Positions 58,720 to 64,000 of a stretch of 64,000 nucleotides of DNA are shown in pieces (the stretch's first letter is position 1; each line of letters opens with the position of its first letter). Position numbers and translations under genes: made by a program. The notes beneath the pieces were generated by a model, which searched no databases, was not told the origin of the DNA, and saw nothing but the letters and a program-made list of their open reading frames with translations. Source of the DNA: Spirochaetia bacterium (lineage in GTDB: Bacteria > Spirochaetota > Spirochaetia > SZUA-6 > Bin103); assembly GCA_965203055.1 (NCBI GenBank), contig OZ241863.1, positions 1,696,001 through 1,760,000 of the forward strand, in the 5' to 3' direction.

Positions 58720-58840
58720 CCGCGCGCGCCCGGTTCATGGCAAGCTGCGCGCATCCCGCTTACCAGGAAGGCGCCCACTGCAGCATAGCCGCACCCGACC
58801 GTTCCCCTGCCGCCCGCCACTGCCGCCGCGTTGCGCCGCC

Positions 58841-59854
58841 GCCCTGGCCGCCGCCGCCCTGGCGGGCGCGGCGCTGCTCGCCGGCTGCGGAGCGCGCGGC
58901 GCGGGCGGCGCGGAGCTGAGCGCGGCGCCGCCCGCCGCCGTCCTGCCCGCGGGAAGCGCGGCGCCAGCCGCGGCCGGCGCCGCGGCCCTTCCGGCGTCGT
59001 TGCCGGGCGCCGGCGGGCGGTCTCCGGCGCCACCCCCGGCGCCGTTGCCCGGCGCCCCCGGCGCCGGTGACGGCGCCGCGCAATGGGAACGCCATCTTGC
59101 GGGACCGTGGTACCGGCTCGCGCCGGCGGAGGCCGGCGCAGCGCCTGACCGCGGGCTGCAACTGATCCTCTTCGAACCGGAGCGGCGCCGCATCACCCTG
59201 TTCGAAGGCGACGTGCAGGAAAGCTACATCTGGGACGACTCCCACCGGCCGCCGGCGCCCCGCATCGGCATCCGGGTCCGCAACGAGCTGGTCCCCTCCA
59301 TCGAACGGACCATCGACGTGGAGGTGGTGACCGGCGCCGAGATTCGGATGGCGATGCAGGGCGGCGACCACCACTTCGACGGCGCCTACCGCAAGTTGGA
59401 TGCTGCCGCCCGCGCCCGGCTCGCGCGGTCGGGCGCGGTTCGGCCCGGCCCGGCGGAGCTCGATCTGGCCGGCCGCTATCACGCCGCCGACGGCCAGGCG
59501 ATCGACTTCGAACCGCCGCGCTTTACGTGGCAGAGCGGAGACCAGCGAGTATCCGGCGTCTACGCGCTCTACTCGTTGGAACGGCTGGTCATCGTGTTCA
59601 AGGTCACGTCGCCGGCCGGAGTCACCCGCGAACTGCGCACCTACACCGTGGACTACCGGCAACGGCGCCGCGGCGAACGGCTGCTGCGGTCGCTCGTGCT
59701 GCACCCGGCGCGGCTGGAGATTTCCGGGGTTGCGGACGCCGGCGCCGCGGCGTTGCACTTCGAACGGTTGGAGTTCGCCGAAGAGGCTGCCGCCGAAGAT
59801 CAGGGCGCCGACGACGCCCTGGTCGTCATCTCGCCGTCCGCCGACGAACGCTGA
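58841..59854 (+). CDS. Putative lipoprotein resembling spirochaetal pallilysin-related adhesin; start unresolved
   Basis: In-frame ALAAAALAGAALLAGC lipobox upstream of the 59000 ORF; RRITLFEGDVQESYIW core; family call from memory. Confidence 0.5.
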   Translation, partial: ALAAAALAGAALLAGCGARGAGGAELSAAPPAAVLPAGSAAPAAAGAAALPASLPGAGGRSPAPPPAPLPGAPGAGDGAAQWERHLAGPWYRLAPAEAGAAPDRGLQLILFEPERRRITLFEGDVQESYIWDDSHRPPAPRIGIRVRNELVPSIERTIDVEVVTGAEIRMAMQGGDHHFDGAYRKLDAAARARLARSGAVRPGPAELDLAGRYHAADGQAIDFEPPRFTWQSGDQRVSGVYALYSLERLVIVFKVTSPAGVTRELRTYTVDYRQRRRGERLLRSLVLHPARLEISGVADAGAAALHFERLEFAEEAAAEDQGADDALVVISPSADER

Positions 59855-59885
59855 CGCCCGCCGCCCGCCGCTCGTTTCGCTTAGC

Positions 59886-61613
59886 TTAGCGGGTGGGAGG
59901 AGCGGGCGGCAGGTAGGAGGCATCGTCCCGGCGAACGATGATGCCCTCATGGCCGGCATCGCTGAGACTGGCCAGCAGTTGCTCGGCCTGAGCCCGAGTC
60001 ATGTTGCCGCCCACCGTCACGCGGTGGATGATGCCGCCGCCGGCGACGCGGTAGGAGCGCGCCAGCGCGGCGAATCCGGCCTGGGCGAGTCGTTGCTCCA
60101 ACTCCAGCACGTGGTCCGGATCGCGGTACGCGCCGGTCTGCACGATGAACGCCGCGGGATCGGGCCGCGCCACCGCCCGCACTGCCGGGACCGCGGGCGG
60201 CCTTGAGCGGGCGCTCGATCCCAACAAGGCCAGGACGCGGCCGGAGATCGTGTCCACGGCGCCTTCCGCGGCGGCGGTTGCCGGCCTTGCCGGGCGCGCC
60301 GGCTGCGACGAGACGCGCACCAGCGGGTCGCGCGCCGCGTCAGCCGGCGCCGCGGCTGCCGCCGGGGGCTCGGCCGCAGGCGCCCCGGGCGGCGCGGCGG
60401 AGGGACGCGCCGCCGCGAACGCCGGCGGCTCCAGCTCGGGCCGCGGCATCACCAGCGCCGGCCTGACGGGCGGCTGCTCGGCCGCGAACGGCGGTGGTTC
60501 CGGCTCCGGCAGCGGCACCAATACCGCCGGCGAGGCGGCCTCGGGCGCAGTCACGAACGCGGCCGGCGCAGCGTCGGCGCGAGGCGCTTCCGGCGCCGCG
60601 GCCGGCTCCGGCGCCGCACGCGGCGGCGGCTCCGGGGCAACCAGGGGCTCCACGGCAAGTGGCTCCGGGGCAACCGCCGGTTCCGCGGTGGAGACCGCCA
60701 AGAGGGGCGCCGTTCGCTCGACGTCAGGTAGCGGGGCCGGGGTTAGCTGCGCCGGGGCCGGCTCCGCCTCACGCGCCAGCAACCGGGCGGCCGGCGGCGG
60801 GCACGGCGGCCGGCAGGCGGCGGCGAGGGAGCCGAGCAGCATCGCCGGCGACGGAAACGCCACTACCCGCGGCGGCGGCGCCGCGCCGGCGTTCAGCTCC
60901 GCGGCCGCCAAGGCGTACTCCGGGCTGCGCGGGTAGCGGCGGCGCAGCTCCTCCAATACCTCCGCCGCCGCGGCGGCGCGGCCGTTGGCGGCCAGCAACG
61001 ACACCAGCCCATACCCGGCTACGGCGGCGGCGCCGCCGCCCGGCGCGCCGGAGGAGTCGAAGGCGGCGCGCAACGCCGGCTCCAGGCCGGCTTCGCCCAG
61101 ACCCTCACCGGAACGCACCAGACCGGCGTGAACGGCGGGCATGCCGGCGGGCGCCGTATCCGGCGTCACCTCCCCCAACTCCAGCAGCAGCGCCGCGCGC
61201 CGCTCGGCAGCGGCGCGGACGCCGGGCAGCTCCAGCGCCTGCAGCGCCTGCTCCACCCCGCCGCTCAATTCCGCCAAGTCAGCCGGGGCCGCGCGCAGCA
61301 CCGCCACCTGGTCGCCGGCCAGACCGCTCCGGTAGCGCTCCACCACCGCCTCCACGGTGGACCGCAGCGGCGCCGCGGTCACCACCTGCAACAACAGGGG
61401 AAACATGCGCGGGTCATCGGGATGGTCGGCCAGCCAGGTATCCAGCAGCGCCAGCGCGGCGTCCAGCCTGCCGCTGCCGGCGAGGTTGGCGGCGGCGTCA
61501 CCGGGGGGCTGGGCTGCTCCGGCGGGCGCCGCTCCCAGGGTCGCAAGCGCCGCCAGGGCGCCGGCAATCGCCAGGCCGCGCAGCGCCGGCCGCCGCGCGG
61601 CCGCCCGCGCCAT
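59886..61613 (-). CDS. Secreted TPR-like/SPOR domain protein
   Basis: Signal peptide; RRYPRSPE; long Pro/Ala linker; C-terminal FIVQTGAY...HRVTVG SPOR-like domain. Confidence 0.78.
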   Translation of the reverse strand: MARAAARRPALRGLAIAGALAALATLGAAPAGAAQPPGDAAANLAGSGRLDAALALLDTWLADHPDDPRMFPLLLQVVTAAPLRSTVEAVVERYRSGLAGDQVAVLRAAPADLAELSGGVEQALQALELPGVRAAAERRAALLLELGEVTPDTAPAGMPAVHAGLVRSGEGLGEAGLEPALRAAFDSSGAPGGGAAAVAGYGLVSLLAANGRAAAAAEVLEELRRRYPRSPEYALAAAELNAGAAPPPRVVAFPSPAMLLGSLAAACRPPCPPPAARLLAREAEPAPAQLTPAPLPDVERTAPLLAVSTAEPAVAPEPLAVEPLVAPEPPPRAAPEPAAAPEAPRADAAPAAFVTAPEAASPAVLVPLPEPEPPPFAAEQPPVRPALVMPRPELEPPAFAAARPSAAPPGAPAAEPPAAAAAPADAARDPLVRVSSQPARPARPATAAAEGAVDTISGRVLALLGSSARSRPPAVPAVRAVARPDPAAFIVQTGAYRDPDHVLELEQRLAQAGFAALARSYRVAGGGIIHRVTVGGNMTRAQAEQLLASLSDAGHEGIIVRRDDASYLPPAPPTR

Positions 61614-61738
61614 TGGCCTGCCGCCGGCGCACGCCCCGGCGCACGCCCCGACGCGCGCGGCGCCCGCGGGTACGGCCCGCGGGCGCCGGCGCAACCCGCC
61701 GGCGCAACCCGCCGGCGCTCCGGCGCGGGCGCGCAAGC

Positions 61739-62176
61739 TCAATCCGGTCTCTCTTTGCGCCGCGACCCCAGCGGCCACCTCCTTGCCTTCCGGGCGGGAG
61801 GCTCCGGCGCGCCCTCCGTGACCGCGGATTCCTGCTCCTCGGCTTCGCCCCGCGGCACCGTCACCGCCGGCTCATCCTCGGCGCCGACGACCGGCGCGGC
61901 GCCGGCAGCCGGCGCCGCGTCAGATTCATCGGTGAGCTGCAACCGGGGTTCGGGCCGGGGTTGGGGTTCGGGCTGCGGGCGGCGGCGGCGCGGTACCATG
62001 AACGGCACTACCAGCAGCGCCCCGAGCGTCACCGAGACCAAGCTGGTCAGGAATACCGGAACCGACCTGAAGGTATAGATCCCGATTGACACGTCGGAGC
62101 GATGGTCCAGGTTGAACGCCGTAAAGGCGGTAACGACGATCAGGAGCCCGACAAGTCCGAATACCCTCCACGGCAT
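61739..62176 (-). CDS. LapA-like small membrane protein
   Basis: MPWR..TM..FNLDHRSDVSIG..F..VPVFL..TM. Confidence 0.65.
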   Translation of the reverse strand: MPWRVFGLVGLLIVVTAFTAFNLDHRSDVSIGIYTFRSVPVFLTSLVSVTLGALLVVPFMVPRRRRPQPEPQPRPEPRLQLTDESDAAPAAGAAPVVGAEDEPAVTVPRGEAEEQESAVTEGAPEPPARKARRWPLGSRRKERPD

Positions 62177-62254
62177 AGGCTGATGGTCCTTCACGGATAG
62201 ATTATCGGCAGGTGCCGCGCGCCGCCCGCGCGCCGCGCCGCGCACCGGCCCGCG

Positions 62255-62479
62255 CTACATCCGGCGCCGCAGGTTGCGAATGAACTGGTAGCCGTTGTAA
62301 CCGCCCAGGGCGAGCAGTCCGACGCCTCCCAGCGTCAGCAGGGTGCTTCCGATCCCGCCCACGACCGGGATCAGGTTCACCAGCGCGGCCGCGACGAACA
62401 GCCCCACCCCGCCGCCAATGCCGCCGATGGCGCGCACTCCCTGCTGCGATACTTTCTCTCTCGGTACCAAGTCGCTCAC
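62255..62479 (-). CDS. Small Gly-rich membrane protein
   Basis: GGAGGG RBS; two TM segments. Confidence 0.6.
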   Translation of the reverse strand: MSDLVPREKVSQQGVRAIGGIGGGVGLFVAAALVNLIPVVGGIGSTLLTLGGVGLLALGGYNGYQFIRNLRRRM

Positions 62480-62646
62480 CCGTGCCCTCCGTCACCATCG
62501 CTAAGGTAGCGGTCCGGCTTCCCCAAGTCCACCGCGGGCGGCAAGCGGCGCCGGTCCCGATCTTGCAGTTGCGGGCCGAAAGCGGGTATGTTGAACCCAC
62601 CTTAATCGAAAACACACGTTATCAGAGGATGCGAGCGACAGCAAAA

Positions 62647-63084
62647 ATGGCAACCAAGCACGTTGCCGCCAATTGTATCATCGGCGCCGGGTCGATCTTT
62701 CACGGGCGGCTCGCCGTCACCGGCAAACTCCACATCGAAGGCAAGTTTCAGGGCGACATCATTACCGAGGGTGACGTCGAGGTGGGTCCGACGGGCCAGG
62801 CGAAGACCGACGTCTCCACCCGCAAGGTGATCGTCGCCGGTACCTTCATCGGCAACATCCAGGCCTCCGAAGAGGTGTACGTGAAGCAGAGCGGCAAGGT
62901 GCTCGGCAGCATCACCACTCCCAAGCTCACCCTGGAGCCGGGTGTGGTCACCAGTGGCAACGTCACGATTACCTCCGAACAGCCGGACGCCGTGGTCGAT
63001 ACGGTGATCAGCGCCTACGGGGCGGATGCGAAAGATGCGTTCGCCGCCAACGGCGCGCCGCTGCGCGGCGGCGAAGCGGAGTGA
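62647..63084 (+). CDS. Bactofilin
   Basis: CIIGAGSIFHG...LHIEGKFQGDI...VIVAGTFIGNI.A. Confidence 0.88.
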   Translation: MATKHVAANCIIGAGSIFHGRLAVTGKLHIEGKFQGDIITEGDVEVGPTGQAKTDVSTRKVIVAGTFIGNIQASEEVYVKQSGKVLGSITTPKLTLEPGVVTSGNVTITSEQPDAVVDTVISAYGADAKDAFAANGAPLRGGEAE

Positions 63085-63824
63085 GGCGCCTCAAGAGCGG
63101 GCACGACATACGCCGCATACGCGAGTCAGCCGCGCTGCTCAAGGAGACGCTCGGGATCTTGCGCCGGCAGGCAGGTCCGGGCGTCAGCACGCGCCACCTC
63201 AACGACGTCGCCGCGGCTCATCTGCGCGCGCGCGGCGCGCGCCCCTCGTTCTTCGGTTACATGGATTATCCGGCCGCCATCTGCGTGTCGATCAACGACG
63301 AGGTGATCCACGGCATCCCCGGCAAGCGGCGCCTGCGCGAGGGCGACATCGTGGGGCTGGACCTGGGAGTCGAGATCGACGGCTACTATGCTGACGGAGC
63401 GTTGACCATACCGGTGGGCCGCATCTCCGCGGACCTGCAGCGCCTGCTGAACACCACCCAGGAGTGTCTCCGTCTCGGCATCGCCCAGGCCGTGGCCGGC
63501 AACCGGGTCAAGGACGTATCGCGCGCCATCTACAACCACGCCAGAAACGCGGGGTACGGCATCGTGCGGCAATACTGCGGGCACGGCCTCGGCTTCGCGG
63601 TGCACGAGGACCCTCAGGTCCCCAACTATCCCGACTACCGCGAGAATCCGCGGCTCAAGCCGGGCATGGTGCTGGCGGTCGAGCCGATGCTCAACGCCGG
63701 CACCGGCGAGATCTCGGTGCTGGCGGACGGCTGGACGGTGGTAACCGACGACGGCCAGCCCTCCGCCCACTTCGAGCACACCATCGCCATCTTCAAGGAT
63801 CGCACCGAGATCCTCACCGCCTGA
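63081..63824 (+). CDS. map: Type I methionine aminopeptidase
   Basis: CVSINDEVIHGIP, D..D, GHGLG..HEDP, AVEPM, SAHFEHT. Confidence 0.96.
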   Translation: MRRLKSGHDIRRIRESAALLKETLGILRRQAGPGVSTRHLNDVAAAHLRARGARPSFFGYMDYPAAICVSINDEVIHGIPGKRRLREGDIVGLDLGVEIDGYYADGALTIPVGRISADLQRLLNTTQECLRLGIAQAVAGNRVKDVSRAIYNHARNAGYGIVRQYCGHGLGFAVHEDPQVPNYPDYRENPRLKPGMVLAVEPMLNAGTGEISVLADGWTVVTDDGQPSAHFEHTIAIFKDRTEILTA

Positions 63825-63850
63825 ACGGAACGGGCGCGCGGCAGCCGGAG

Positions 63851-64000
63851 CTACTCCCAGTTCCAGATCTCGAGTCGCCCGCCGGCCTTGCTCAAGTCGA
63901 TGCTGGACAGTCCGTCGCCCGCAGTGGTCGCGAACACGATGTTCCCGAACCGCGCGAAGCCGGTGACGTGCGCCTCGTAGAGCTGGCTGGTGAGGCGCGG
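63851..64000 (-). CDS. 3' end of an unknown protein (partial)
   Basis: Open frame from the window edge ...FATTAGDGLSSIDL...IWNWE*. Confidence 0.5.
   Translation of the reverse strand, partial: PRLTSQLYEAHVTGFARFGNIVFATTAGDGLSSIDLSKAGGRLEIWNWE

Overview
High-GC bacterial DNA, probably Spirochaetota and possibly a host/sponge-associated lineage. That assignment is an inference from the solute-binding protein style, two bactofilins, a pallilysin-like lipoprotein and repeated Uma2/Rpn/PhyH/sulfatase genes. The backbone carries carbohydrate and peptide ABC importers, two Cys-type sulfatases, coaE, guaA, purB and map. The accessory core at about 13.5-31.2 kb is a defence island. It holds a remodelled type I RM locus (hsdM, three tandem Rpn toxin/intragenic-antitoxin genes with 16/4/11 four-residue repeats, an in-frame HsdS-TRD::HsdR chimera, and a translationally coupled HipA-like kinase plus HIRAN gene). 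Inside the island is a compact, apparently uncharacterised RiPP cluster: three NHLP-leader precursors sharing a WN...FWDDxGGxTYxGGPxHNA core, a JmjC oxygenase and a putative prenyltransferase-fold enzyme. A Menshen-like three-gene system (35.2-38.4 kb) and a tandem duplication of a beta-propeller gene (46-49.9 kb) are also present. No rRNA, tRNA or CRISPR array was recognised. All family calls come from motif recognition by eye; no searches were run.
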